A DNA stretch of 64,000 nucleotides from Myxococcota bacterium (GCA_039028615.1 JBCCHT010000006.1:64001-128000); one strand, 5' to 3'. Shown: positions 7,906-17,857, numbered from the stretch's first letter. Numbers and translations are program-made. Notes: generated by a model not told the origin, from the letters alone.

Positions 7906-9375
7906 TCACTCCTCGGACGGCTTCTTGAAGATCATGCGCCGACCGGGCTTCTTGGTCGTGGGTTCGTCGTCCTTGTAGACGACCGTCTCGCGCTTGCCGT
8001 TCTCGTCGACTTCGACCCAGCGGCCCTGCTTCTTGCCCTCTTCGTACTTGCCCGAGGCCTTGAGGCTGCCGTCGTCGTACCAGTACTCGCCCTTGCCGTG
8101 GCGCTCGTCGTCCTTGTAATGCTCCCGGTACTCGCGCTCGCCGTTTTTGTAGAAGCCTTCCCACTCGCCCTGCTTGTCGCCGGTCTTGTACTCGCCCTCG
8201 GTCTTCTTCTGACCGTCGCGGAACCACCACATCCAGATGCCCTGGCGGCGGTTCTTCCAGTACTCGCCCTCGACCCGCTTCTGGCCGTTGTTCCAGTAGG
8301 CGAGGAACTCCCCTTCCCGCTTGCCGTCGAGGTAGTCGATCTCCTCCTTGACCCGCGAGTTGTTGTGGAACTCGGTCCAGCGGCCTTCCTTCTTGCCCTC
8401 GAGGAACTCGCCCTCGAGCTTGACCCCCGCGTCGGCGTCAGCGCTCTGCCACTGGGTCCAGGTGCCGTGCTTGATGCCGCCCTCTTTTTCGCACCACTGC
8501 TCTTTGCCATCGGGGGGCGCGGCGCCCTTGCTCACCAGGTCATCGCCGCAGTGGCCAGCCTCGACCTTGGCGCCGTCCTTCCACTCGTCCTCGGCGACCT
8601 TCTTGCCGTCTCGGTCGAACTCGACCCACTTGCCGTTCTTGCGACCATCGACGTAGGCGCCCTCGGCCGCGAGCTGGCCGTTGTCATGCCACGCGCGATG
8701 GGTGCCCTCTTCGGTGTCGTCCTTGTAGTTGCTCTCGTCGCGCTTTTGGCCGTTGTCGAAGAAGTGCACCCACTGCCCGTTGCGCTTGCCCTTGCGGTAC
8801 TCGCCGTCGCTGCGCTTTTGGCCATCCTCGGAGAAGGTCACCCAGCGCCCGTGCTTGACGTCGTCCTGGTACTCGCCTTCTTCCTGCTTTTGACCGTTTT
8901 CGTACCAACTGGTCGATTTGCCGTGCTTGTGGCCGTCCCGGTACTCGGTCTCGTGCCAGCGCTCGGAGGTGCCGTCGTGCCAGCGTGACCAGCGACCGTG
9001 CCGCACGGTGCGACCGTCCTTTTCGCGCTCGCACCATGCCTCGTGCCCGGCCGGGGGCGTTGCCCCCTTGGCCACCCCACCGTCGGGGCAGTCGATGGCG
9101 GGCGCAGCTGCGGCGGCTTCGGCTTCGGCGGCCGCCTCGTCTCCTGCCGCTTTGGCCTCCGCCCCGTCTTTGGCGTCTTCGGCCTTGCCCTCGTCCGCCT
9201 TGGCGTCGGCCTTGCTCTCGTCGGCCTTCGCTTCGTCCTTGGACTCGTCGGCTTTGGCCTCGTCCTTGGCTTCGTCGCCGCCACCGGTCAGCCGATCACA
9301 GGCGGGAGCGAACAACGTGAGGCTCGCGAGGCTCGCGAGCACGACGACACGATGACGGCGGACAGACATCGCCAT
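7906..9375 (-). CDS. MORN-variant repeat (YwqK-like) lipoprotein
   Basis: Many GxWxxW[YH]xNGQKxxEGxYxxG repeats; lipobox APAC; start 9375 (MAMSVRR) preferred over track start 9504. Confidence 0.88.
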   Translation of the reverse strand: MAMSVRRHRVVVLASLASLTLFAPACDRLTGGGDEAKDEAKADESKDEAKADESKADAKADEGKAEDAKDGAEAKAAGDEAAAEAEAAAAAPAIDCPDGGVAKGATPPAGHEAWCEREKDGRTVRHGRWSRWHDGTSERWHETEYRDGHKHGKSTSWYENGQKQEEGEYQDDVKHGRWVTFSEDGQKRSDGEYRKGKRNGQWVHFFDNGQKRDESNYKDDTEEGTHRAWHDNGQLAAEGAYVDGRKNGKWVEFDRDGKKVAEDEWKDGAKVEAGHCGDDLVSKGAAPPDGKEQWCEKEGGIKHGTWTQWQSADADAGVKLEGEFLEGKKEGRWTEFHNNSRVKEEIDYLDGKREGEFLAYWNNGQKRVEGEYWKNRRQGIWMWWFRDGQKKTEGEYKTGDKQGEWEGFYKNGEREYREHYKDDERHGKGEYWYDDGSLKASGKYEEGKKQGRWVEVDENGKRETVVYKDDEPTTKKPGRRMIFKKPSEE

Positions 9376-9543
9376 GGACGGTGGCACACCCCACGGGGGC
9401 AGGGCAAAGTCTCCCCCGCGCCCCACCCCCGCGGGTGGCCCCCGCAGCGCCCGCGACGACGCGAAACGCCGTCGTCGGGCTCTCATGCTCGATGCGTCCC
9501 ACAAAGGCCCACTGGCCCAACCGCGGCCCGGGCCAAGCAGGCT

Positions 9544-10899
9544 CTAGTCATTCCAGCTGATGATCGTTGCGGCCACGGCTCCCAAGCTCGGACCGTAGTC
9601 ACCATTGCAAACGGAGTAGAGCCCGTCGTCGGGCGCGGAGGCGAACGCGTTGGCGACCGCTCGCATGCGGACCGGGGGCACCGCCCGCTGGTCGTCGAAG
9701 TCACAGCCCGGACCCACGCCGAAGTCGTGGTGGAACTCGGGGGTCCCCGTGTTGCCATACTCGAAGCCGCCATCGATCGCGCGACCGACCAGCCCCATCA
9801 CCGCGACGCGCCCGGCGATCTTGGCGTCTTGGATCGCCTGCAGCTGATCGATGTACCGCGACACGGGCAGCATTGCTGCTGCGTCTGGCGTGGTCGGTGA
9901 TCCGTCGGCCGCGAGGTCGACGGGGTTGCACTCGAGATCCGCCCCCGCCCCGGTGCACTCGACCCCCGCGTTCCAGCACACGGCCGAGGTCGGCGCAGGC
10001 GCGTCCTGGTCGGACCAGAACACACGATCGCCATCGGGCAGGAAGATGGTCTCCTGCTCGGGGTTGTAGGAGCAGTCCGCCTCGTCGGTCACGAAGATGA
10101 CCAGCAGGTTCGCGTCATCGCGAATGAAGCCGTTTTGCTCCTCGCCCACCGTCGACGACCGCTGAATCGCGCGGTGCATCGCCTCGAGCGGCTGCTCGAA
10201 GCCGCAGCCGGCAATCCCCATCGGCAACGCGCACGACAGCAGCGCGGACGGAGCCTGGCCCGGGGTGTTGTTGTCGGCGGCCGAGGTCCACTCGAGCCAC
10301 GGGCGCACGGCGGGGGCCGGCTGTCCGTCGACCGTCGATGGGTCGATATCGAAGGAATCCAGCGCACAGACGTCGAGGCACGCCTCCTGGGTGGCGTCGA
10401 TCTGCATCGCCCCGTCAAAGACGAAGTCCGATTGGCGCTCCCGACAGCTCGAGAGCACGAAATTGCCCGCCTCGGGCGTGCTGCCCTGACACCAGGGGTT
10501 GCCGACGTCCGTGGTGGTGATACCCAGCCGGAAACGAATGCCCGCGTTGCGCAGCGGCTCCGTCAGCTCGCCGATGGACTGTGCCAGTTTCGCCTGCTCG
10601 GCTCCCATGAAGCCGGAGTTGTCGACGACAAAGAGGATGTCGACCGCATCCGAGCCCTCGGGAGGCGGAGGCGGATCGGTGGGGTCGTCCGGCGGATTTC
10701 CGTCCGAGCCGTCTTCGCCATCGGTCATGCCATCGTTCATCGAGGTCGCGCCCGGCCCGTCGCCAGAGGCCCCCGCCTCGTCGTTCCCTTCCGTCGCACC
10801 GAGTTCATCGGTATCGACGTTCCCGAGATCGACCTGCACACCGCACCCAGCCGCCGCAGCCAGGGCCGCGACCATACTCCAACCATGCATTGTTCTCAT
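9544..10899 (-). CDS. Myxobacterial vWA-like Cys-rich lipoprotein
   Basis: Lipobox AAGC; VDILFVVDNSGFM, GITTTD, GCGFEQPLEAM, FIRDDANLLVIFVTDEADCS, PPVR, SVC motifs. Confidence 0.82.
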   Translation of the reverse strand: MRTMHGWSMVAALAAAAGCGVQVDLGNVDTDELGATEGNDEAGASGDGPGATSMNDGMTDGEDGSDGNPPDDPTDPPPPPEGSDAVDILFVVDNSGFMGAEQAKLAQSIGELTEPLRNAGIRFRLGITTTDVGNPWCQGSTPEAGNFVLSSCRERQSDFVFDGAMQIDATQEACLDVCALDSFDIDPSTVDGQPAPAVRPWLEWTSAADNNTPGQAPSALLSCALPMGIAGCGFEQPLEAMHRAIQRSSTVGEEQNGFIRDDANLLVIFVTDEADCSYNPEQETIFLPDGDRVFWSDQDAPAPTSAVCWNAGVECTGAGADLECNPVDLAADGSPTTPDAAAMLPVSRYIDQLQAIQDAKIAGRVAVMGLVGRAIDGGFEYGNTGTPEFHHDFGVGPGCDFDDQRAVPPVRMRAVANAFASAPDDGLYSVCNGDYGPSLGAVAATIISWND

Positions 10900-10909
10900 T
10901 GCTTTGCTT

Positions 10910-11722
10910 TCACTCTATCGAACAGGCTTCTGCCACTCGTTGTTCATGGACCGAACGGGGGAATCGAGAAGAAAAGGACGCCGCGGTCCGAGCCCCGGAT
11001 TTCACATCGAGGCCACACTTCGCGATGGCATGTAGAGCCTCGCGATCTTCGGTGAGCGCCCCACGGGGAAACTCGCGGCGATGGGTCGCGACGATGGACA
11101 ACGCGTTGCGATGTTCACCGCGATTGACCGCCTGCCCCGCCCACTTGATGAGCTCGATCTCGCGAGCGATGCCGGTCGGGCGCTTGCCCTCGCTCGCAGA
11201 GGCCTCCGGGCGTCGTTCCTTGCGAGCGCGACCGGGCGCACGCGGCTCGGGCACGGCGGCGGTCCCGGCTTCGGCCTCGGCCTCGGGGGCGTCGTCCATG
11301 GGCGCCGGCTCGGGCGTCACCGCGTCCGTGTTCGCGGGGGCCACCGCGGGCGCGGGAACCTCGTCGACGTCGCTCGAGGGTGATGCCGAGGCGCGAGCCT
11401 CGGGGCGAGCGGTCTCGCCCTGTTCTGCATCGGATGCGACCGCACCAGACCCGGCTTGGTCGTCCGCCGGATCGAGCACCAGCACCAGCGCGATTGCAGC
11501 CCCGGCAAAGGTCGCCCCCATCAGCGCCTTGCTGACGACGGTCTTCAGCAGCGCGGCTCCGCCCGAGGGCGTGGGAGGCGGCGGCACGTCGAAGGGCGCC
11601 ACCGCACCCGCGGCCATGCTCCGCTTCAGTCGCTGCCAGTTCTGCTTGGCAACACCAGGCGCGGGCGCGGGCGGCTCTTCGCGCTCTGCCGCGATCAAGG
11701 AATCGAGCGCCGAGCGTTTCAT
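10910..11722 (-). CDS. Putative anti-sigma factor (single TM helix, Pro/Ala linker, C-terminal TPR-like helices)
   Basis: Start overlaps the ECF sigma stop (ATGA); TM segment FAGAAIALVLVL; C-terminal REIELI...HRREFPRGALTEDRE...FPRS module typical of myxobacterial ECF partners. Confidence 0.7.
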   Translation of the reverse strand: MKRSALDSLIAAEREEPPAPAPGVAKQNWQRLKRSMAAGAVAPFDVPPPPTPSGGAALLKTVVSKALMGATFAGAAIALVLVLDPADDQAGSGAVASDAEQGETARPEARASASPSSDVDEVPAPAVAPANTDAVTPEPAPMDDAPEAEAEAGTAAVPEPRAPGRARKERRPEASASEGKRPTGIAREIELIKWAGQAVNRGEHRNALSIVATHRREFPRGALTEDREALHAIAKCGLDVKSGARTAASFSSRFPRSVHEQRVAEACSIE

Positions 11723-12228
11723 CGTGCGTTCCTCCGACTACGAGCTTCGCTCCGGGCCAGCACCCGCGAGAGTTTTTCGCGGGCGAGGCGAAGGCGGGAG
11801 TACACGGTGGCGACCTTGACCCCCACCACCGCCGCGATCTCGGGCGCGGTCATGCCTTCGAGCTCCGCCATGATGAACACCGCCCGCTGGTCGTCGTCGA
11901 GTACGGAGAGGATCTCTCTGAGGGTTCGCGCCGCGTCGGCGCGCGCGTGGGGCTCGTGGGCTTCCACTTGTTCGCGGGCCACCCGACTACGCCGCTTTCG
12001 CTCGCGGGCCGCATCGCGCCGGATCCCCTGGGCCACCCGCATCGCGATGGCAAAGAGCCAGGTTCGCAGGTTCGCTCGCCCCTCGAACTCTTCGAGCCGA
12101 CGCGCCACCACCAAGAAGGTGTCGTGCATCGCATCGTCGACGCGGTGATCGGGCACGCCCAGCCGCACCAAGGAACGCCACACGAAGCGGTGGTGTTCGC
12201 GGTAGACCTTCTCGAGCTGTCGCGTCAT
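11719..12228 (-). CDS. ECF RNA polymerase sigma factor
   Basis: Region 2 VYREHHRFVWRSLVRLGV..DDAMHDTFLV..FEGRANLRTWLFAIA; region 4 QRAVFIMAELEGMTAPEIA..TVYSRLRLAR. Start uncertain (frame open to 12354). Confidence 0.93.
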   Translation of the reverse strand: MTRQLEKVYREHHRFVWRSLVRLGVPDHRVDDAMHDTFLVVARRLEEFEGRANLRTWLFAIAMRVAQGIRRDAARERKRRSRVAREQVEAHEPHARADAARTLREILSVLDDDQRAVFIMAELEGMTAPEIAAVVGVKVATVYSRLRLAREKLSRVLARSEARSRRNAR

Positions 12229-12406
12229 GGCCGGCGCGCGTCGTCGTGAGCCCGGGCCCGAGCCCACGCGGGAGCTCAGCTTCGTCGGGAGGTTGCCCTC
12301 GACGAACGATACCGCGGCAGAGAAGCTCACATCCGTCCGTGCCGCGGGCCCCACGAATCCATCACGATTTTTCAGACAAACTCTAAACCTTCGTCATTTT
12401 AGGTAC

Positions 12407-13486
12407 TTAGGGAAACCGAACCTCGATCGCGAACACTGCGCGGACCCCCACCGGGCTCGGGGCAAACACTTCACCCGCGGGCGCCAGCCGGTAACTCGCG
12501 AGAATGAAGGGGCCATAAAGCTCGGTCGACGCCCGCAGCCCCAGCCATGGCACGGGCAACAGCACGACGCCGGGTTGAACGAGCCACGCGATCCACGGCT
12601 GGTTGGGCGGCGCCGCCTGGTCCGTGCCCTCGGCCCGCACCACCGTCTGACCCGCCTCCACCCCGGCACACGCGAGCAGCTCGAAGCGAGCCGCCACCGG
12701 GAACACGGGACACGCCCGCAGCGCGACCGACCACTGGCGGAAGTCGACCGTCGCCCCGGGGACGATGGCGGCGCTGCGAAACCAGTACTGACCCGCGGCC
12801 GTCACCCGTACCCGCGGCAGAGCCAGGCCCGCCTCGAGACCCGAGGTCCCGGCCACCGTCGGCAGGTTGCCGAAGCCGAAGCCACCGAAGACCCCCACCA
12901 ACCCACGAAGGGGCGGACCCGGCGGATCGCGTCGCGCCGCGTCGGCGGAGCCCGACAATCCCCCGGAGTCGCTGCCCCCGGGGTCCGCCTCCGGCAGCTC
13001 CGACGGCACGAGGCTCGGAGCGGGCTCGGGCTCGGTTTGTGCGGCGGCCGGCTCGGGTTCGGGTTCCGGCTCGGCCTCGGGGGGTGGCGCAGGCACGGCT
13101 TGGCTCGGTGGCGGCGGAATCCGGCCCGCCCCCGCCTGCGGATCGATGGAGATCGCGATCACCACCGCCGCCGCTTCGGCAGCCTCGGTGCAATCGAGAC
13201 CACCGGGAATCGTGCGACGCCGCTGGCCGTCTTCGCCCGAGATCTCGACCTCGACGGTCCAGGTCTGATCCTCGAGCCGATGGGCGCGCGCCTGGACCTC
13301 GAGCCCGGCTCCGGCATCCGAACCGGCGAGCAAGGCATCGATCCGCCCGCGGACTACCGAGGCCGAAGGACACGAGGACGGCGCATCCCAGGCGACTCGG
13401 AGCGGAGCGGCCGAAGAGGGCGCGGGAGCGGTAGCGAGGCTCGTTCCCACGGCCACGATGGCGGCGGCCAGCATCGTCGCGGGCAA
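12407..13486 (-). CDS. Exported protein: N-terminal WxAPxxCP domain, Pro-rich linker, probable C-terminal beta-barrel
   Basis: Signal peptide; WDAPSSCP; DCTEAAEAAAVVIAISIDP; alternating amphipathic beta-strands ending AIEVRFP. Paralog of 17858-18970. Confidence 0.72.
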   Translation of the reverse strand: MPATMLAAAIVAVGTSLATAPAPSSAAPLRVAWDAPSSCPSASVVRGRIDALLAGSDAGAGLEVQARAHRLEDQTWTVEVEISGEDGQRRRTIPGGLDCTEAAEAAAVVIAISIDPQAGAGRIPPPPSQAVPAPPPEAEPEPEPEPAAAQTEPEPAPSLVPSELPEADPGGSDSGGLSGSADAARRDPPGPPLRGLVGVFGGFGFGNLPTVAGTSGLEAGLALPRVRVTAAGQYWFRSAAIVPGATVDFRQWSVALRACPVFPVAARFELLACAGVEAGQTVVRAEGTDQAAPPNQPWIAWLVQPGVVLLPVPWLGLRASTELYGPFILASYRLAPAGEVFAPSPVGVRAVFAIEVRFP

Positions 13487-13585
13487 AGGTACCGTATCGG
13501 GCGGAGTCCGTGAAAACGCCCGATCCCGGCCCCGAAGAGGGGTACACGGGCTCGGGCGTCGTCGAGCGTCGCACAGGACGGGCGA

Positions 13586-14572
13586 CTAGCCGCAGCTGTT
13601 CGGCACCTCGGTGAGCAGCTGCGTGGTGAAGCCTGCCGTGAAGTCGAAGGCGGTCTCCCCCATGCGCTCGGTGCAGTCGTCGGTGGGGCCGACGCTGCCG
13701 AGCAGCTCGGCCAGGGGCACGCCGCCGTCGGGGCAGCCACCGCAGTCGGGATGCGCCGCGCCACCGCACGCACCCAGGCACGAGCACAGGTTCCGCGCCT
13801 CGGACTCGACGAGGCAGCCCGTCATCTCGCCACCCGCGATCTGGCCCGCCTCGTCGACGGTGACGGTGGCCCGGATGGCGTGCAGCGGCACCGCGCTGGG
13901 AGCCGCCCCGCCCGGCACGCAGTTGAACGCAGTGCCGTCGTCGTCCTCGGCGTAGATGTAGACCACGTCGTCGGGCCCCAGCTCGAGGCCGTAGGTTCCG
14001 CCCGACGTGCCGCTGCCCGCCTCGACGCACTGGTCGGAGGCGCCGCTGGGCTGCCACATCGTGGCATCGGGATCGAAGGTCGCCGCGTAGTCCGGCGAGG
14101 CGGTCGTGCCCTCGACGCATTGGTCGTTGGGCATGGTGCCGACACCCGAGCCGATGGCGATGGTCGCCGTGCCGGCCTCGTCATCGCGCTCGCGCACGGT
14201 GAGCAAGACGTTGAGCTTGAAGTTGGTGATGTCGCTGCCCCAGGTGTTCTCGAGCAGCGTCGCCTGAATGGCTTCGGCATCGGGGAGCCCGTCGCCGTTG
14301 CTGTCGCCCATGGCCAGGATGTCCATGCAGTCGAAGCGGTAGGTCGCGGGGAACATCAACTCCCCCGTTCCGGCCGTCTCATCGGCGCTGGACGCCGTGG
14401 TGGCCTGTTCGGTGGTCGCAGCCGAGGTCGCGCTCTCGTCCGTTCCAGTGCTGCTGTCGCCGAGGTTGTTCACGCCTCCGGTACCACCGCCGTCGTCGCC
14501 ACATCCGACCGCCAGGGGCACAGAGAACAACAAACCCCCACAGACCTTCCGCATGGTCGTCATCGAAGCCAT
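13586..14572 (-). CDS. Cys-rich hypothetical lipoprotein
   Basis: Lipobox AVGC, S/T/G linker, globular domain with LCSCLGAC...DCGGCP. Confidence 0.75.
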   Translation of the reverse strand: MASMTTMRKVCGGLLFSVPLAVGCGDDGGGTGGVNNLGDSSTGTDESATSAATTEQATTASSADETAGTGELMFPATYRFDCMDILAMGDSNGDGLPDAEAIQATLLENTWGSDITNFKLNVLLTVRERDDEAGTATIAIGSGVGTMPNDQCVEGTTASPDYAATFDPDATMWQPSGASDQCVEAGSGTSGGTYGLELGPDDVVYIYAEDDDGTAFNCVPGGAAPSAVPLHAIRATVTVDEAGQIAGGEMTGCLVESEARNLCSCLGACGGAAHPDCGGCPDGGVPLAELLGSVGPTDDCTERMGETAFDFTAGFTTQLLTEVPNSCG

Positions 14573-14700
14573 GGCGCGGAGGGTAACACGCGAACTCATG
14601 GTCGAAACCCTTGCCCCAGCGGGGGTCGCCGTGTCTCAATGCCCGAGTGTCGATGCTCCGTGGTCCATCACCGACTCGTGGTCGTTCCACTTCGCGAAGC

Positions 14701-16260
14701 ATGCGAGGTGCGATAACTGCCGCGTTTTCCTTGGGTGTCGCTCTGCTCGCTCCCACCGCGGCGTCGGCGGGTGGCTTCGACATCCCCGGGGTCGGCGCAC
14801 GTGGACTCGGTCGCGGCGGTGCAAACGTCGTCGGTGCCGTGGATGGCACGGCGTTGCACTACAACCCCGGTTCGCTCGCAAAGCAGCGGGGAACCCGCGT
14901 CACGTACAACCATTCGCTGGTGTTCCACGACACTCGTTTTGCTCGCGCGCCCATCTCCTTCGGTGAGTTCGAGGGCACGAGCTTCGACGAAGCGAGCAAT
15001 AACGAAGGACTCTTTGCGCTCGGCGGGATGCTGGTCGTCAGCTCCGACTTCGGCCTCGACAACTGGACCTTTGCAGCCGGCGTGTACGGACCCAACTCGG
15101 TCGGTAAGCACAGCTACCCCGCCTACGGCTCCCAATCGTTCATGCTCACGGACATGGACGTGCTGCTGGTCTACTACTCGCTGGCCGCAGCGTGGAAGTG
15201 GCGCGACGTCTTCGGCATCGGCGTCACCGCGCAGTACGTCGACCTGATGAAGATGGAGTACTCGCTGGTCACCGACAGCGCGTTCACTCCCGAGCTCAAC
15301 CCCATCCCCGACGCAGACAGCACCCAGCTCGAGGCGACCTTGAACCTCAAGGATCGCACCGCGGGCACGGCCCTGCTCGGCATGTGGTACCGCCCGCACA
15401 AGCGCGTCGAGCTCGGCCTGGCCGGACGCGTGGTGCCGATCTTCCTCAACCCCGAAGGCACCATGAGCACGGACAAGCCGACGCTGGTGACCGACGAGGT
15501 TCAGGTGAGCATGCCGCTCACCCTGCCCGCCATGGTCCGCGGCGGTGTTCGCTACATCCACGACAACGGCGAGCGCGAGTGGTTCGACCTCGAGCTGGCC
15601 GCACAGTGGGAAAACTGGTCGGTCATCGAGTCCTACGACGTGGAGCTCGACGGCATGATCTCCGGGCAGGAGCTCCAGAACCTGAGCCTGACCAAGAACT
15701 GGCAGGACACGGTGTCGGTGCGCCTGGGTGGTGACGTGCACGTCATCCCCAACCACCTCACCTTGCGCGCGGGTGGCTTCTTCGAGACCGCGGCCGTGCC
15801 CGAGCAGTTCGCCCACCTCGACTTCCCCTCGTTCATGCGGGGCGGCTTCGGCGGAGGCATCACCGCGGGCGGGCGCGGCATCTACGGCACCGTCGGCTTC
15901 CAGCACGTGCGCCAAGCCCCGCAGGAAAACGACGAGCTCAACGCCCTGGTGCTTCAGCAGCGGCCCTTGCGGCCCTGCCCGGACAACTGCAACGGCCTCA
16001 GCGGCGTGCCGGCCAACGCGGGCCGCATCACCTCCACCCTCAACCTCCTCAACGTCGGCCTCGAGATCCGGTTCGCGGAGCTGCTGGGCAAGAACCGCAA
16101 GAAGAAGAAGGGCAAGAGCGGAGCGGAGTCGGGCAGCAGCGCCAACGTGCCGCCCACCGCCCCGGACATGACGCAGTTCGACGCCGAAGAGTACGCCGCC
16201 CCGGTCGAGGAAGAACAAGAGTCAGGGGACGAGGGCTTCGGCGGATTCGGCGGGGCCTGA
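14701..16260 (+). CDS. OmpP1/FadL family outer-membrane transporter
   Basis: Signal peptide ending ASA, then GGFDIPGVGARGLGRGGA..DGTALHYNPGSL (FadL N-terminal plug motif); WENWS, NWQDTVSVRLGG, LTLRAG. Confidence 0.88.
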   Translation: MRGAITAAFSLGVALLAPTAASAGGFDIPGVGARGLGRGGANVVGAVDGTALHYNPGSLAKQRGTRVTYNHSLVFHDTRFARAPISFGEFEGTSFDEASNNEGLFALGGMLVVSSDFGLDNWTFAAGVYGPNSVGKHSYPAYGSQSFMLTDMDVLLVYYSLAAAWKWRDVFGIGVTAQYVDLMKMEYSLVTDSAFTPELNPIPDADSTQLEATLNLKDRTAGTALLGMWYRPHKRVELGLAGRVVPIFLNPEGTMSTDKPTLVTDEVQVSMPLTLPAMVRGGVRYIHDNGEREWFDLELAAQWENWSVIESYDVELDGMISGQELQNLSLTKNWQDTVSVRLGGDVHVIPNHLTLRAGGFFETAAVPEQFAHLDFPSFMRGGFGGGITAGGRGIYGTVGFQHVRQAPQENDELNALVLQQRPLRPCPDNCNGLSGVPANAGRITSTLNLLNVGLEIRFAELLGKNRKKKKGKSGAESGSSANVPPTAPDMTQFDAEEYAAPVEEEQESGDEGFGGFGGA

Positions 16261-16287
16261 GTCCCCGCACCCGCGGACGGGGCCGCC

Positions 16288-17766
16288 ATGCTCGAGGCCT
16301 GCTTTCTCGGCCATCAGGGCTGGTTGCTGTCCAGCGCGTCGACGCGAGTACTCGTCGACCCCTTGCTCACCGACCGCTTCGGTCACGGCGGGGGGGTCGG
16401 CGTCGTTCATCCCCCGCGGCGAATCGACCTGTCCGCGTTCCCGCCCGTCGATGCGGTCATCCTCAGCCACGAGCACGACGACCACTTCGACGTGCCCTCG
16501 ATCCATCGCCTCGACCGCCGGATCCCGATCCACCTGTCGAGCCGAGCGTCGAACGCCTCGCGAGCGCTGCTGCGCGACATGGGGTTTACGGTGCATCCGC
16601 TGCGCCCCAACGCCACGCTGGCCGTCGGCGACCTGCGCTACCGCAGCTTCGTGGCCGACCACGTGCGCGGGCCGGTCGAAGACGAGTGGGGCGTGTTTCC
16701 GTTCCTGCTCTACGACACGGGCGGGCACGGCAGCGTGCTGTCGGCGATCGACGTCGAGCCCCGCGACGACGGGCTGGCGCAGCTCGGTCGCCTCGCGCCC
16801 CCGGGGCTGTGGTGCTACGCGAACAACACGACCGACAGCCGCTTCCAAGACGCTCTGCGCGGGCCCTCGGCCGCGCCCCCGACCGACGACACTCCCCTGC
16901 TGGCACGGGTGGTCGCGCGGCGTCACGCGCAGATCGAGCAGGCATGGGGGCACCCCTTGGCCACGCTCGTCGGTGGTGCGGGTTGGGCCTTCGAAGGAGA
17001 CCGCGCGTGGATCAACCACCACGCATTTCCCATCGATCCGAACCGGCTGTGCGAGGCGCTCGCCCGGGCGTGCCCGTCCGCTTCGTTCACCGCTCCCGTC
17101 CCCGGTGAGACCTTCGTGCAGCACGAGGGCCGACTGCTCGCCGAGCGCCCCCGGGCCCCGTTCATCGCGGTTCCTCCTCGCTCCCAGTGGCCGACGCGGA
17201 CCCATGACCCGACCGTCCCCGTCCGCGACCACGCGCCTGTGCTGAGCGGCCGTGCCTTCGGCGAGGCACAGCTGCAGACGCTCATCGATGAGCTCGGCGA
17301 CTTTGCCCGCTACCTCTACGGCGGTGCGGTGTTTCGGGCCCTGCAATCGCTGACCGAAGACGACCTCCACGGTCGACGGTGCGCCCTGGCCATCGCCCTG
17401 CGCCGCGCCGATGGCCCGCCCTACGTGCTGCGCTACGAACCCGAAGCCTGCGGCTTCACTCGTCAACCAAGCACCGACGCGATCGAAGAGTTTGCCTCCG
17501 GTCTCGAGTGCTGGGGCGCCGACCTGCTCGGCCTGATGCGAGGGGAGCTCGGGGTGAGCGCACTATGCTTCGCCGGCCGCATGCGGGTGTGGAATCACGC
17601 TCCCCGGCGGCTGCGTTGGTCCCCCCACGACTTGTGGATGTTCGGGCACCCGCTCCGACGGCCGGCCGCGGCCACACAGCTCTACCGCGTGCTGCGGGCC
17701 CAGCTGCCCGAGTCTACCGAGCGCGTGCGATTTTCCGGCTCGGCCCCCGTAGGGCGGCCCGACTGA
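16288..17766 (+). CDS. MBL-fold metallo-hydrolase (UlaG-like) with C-terminal extension
   Basis: FLGHQGWLL, VLVDPLL, ILSHEHDDHFD; starts 27 nt after the fadL-like stop, same strand. Confidence 0.8.
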   Translation: MLEACFLGHQGWLLSSASTRVLVDPLLTDRFGHGGGVGVVHPPRRIDLSAFPPVDAVILSHEHDDHFDVPSIHRLDRRIPIHLSSRASNASRALLRDMGFTVHPLRPNATLAVGDLRYRSFVADHVRGPVEDEWGVFPFLLYDTGGHGSVLSAIDVEPRDDGLAQLGRLAPPGLWCYANNTTDSRFQDALRGPSAAPPTDDTPLLARVVARRHAQIEQAWGHPLATLVGGAGWAFEGDRAWINHHAFPIDPNRLCEALARACPSASFTAPVPGETFVQHEGRLLAERPRAPFIAVPPRSQWPTRTHDPTVPVRDHAPVLSGRAFGEAQLQTLIDELGDFARYLYGGAVFRALQSLTEDDLHGRRCALAIALRRADGPPYVLRYEPEACGFTRQPSTDAIEEFASGLECWGADLLGLMRGELGVSALCFAGRMRVWNHAPRRLRWSPHDLWMFGHPLRRPAAATQLYRVLRAQLPESTERVRFSGSAPVGRPD

Positions 17767-17857
17767 CCCGAGGCCAGCCCGCTCCTCGCCGAAATCTCGC
17801 CCATCGCCGCCGAGATGGCCACCTGGGCTTGGACCCCTCCACGGTTTCGCGGTACGC

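Noticed and set aside
7906..9375. Toxin-antitoxin system implied by the YwqK-like repeats
   Set aside because: MORN-variant repeats are generic and no cognate toxin gene is adjacent.
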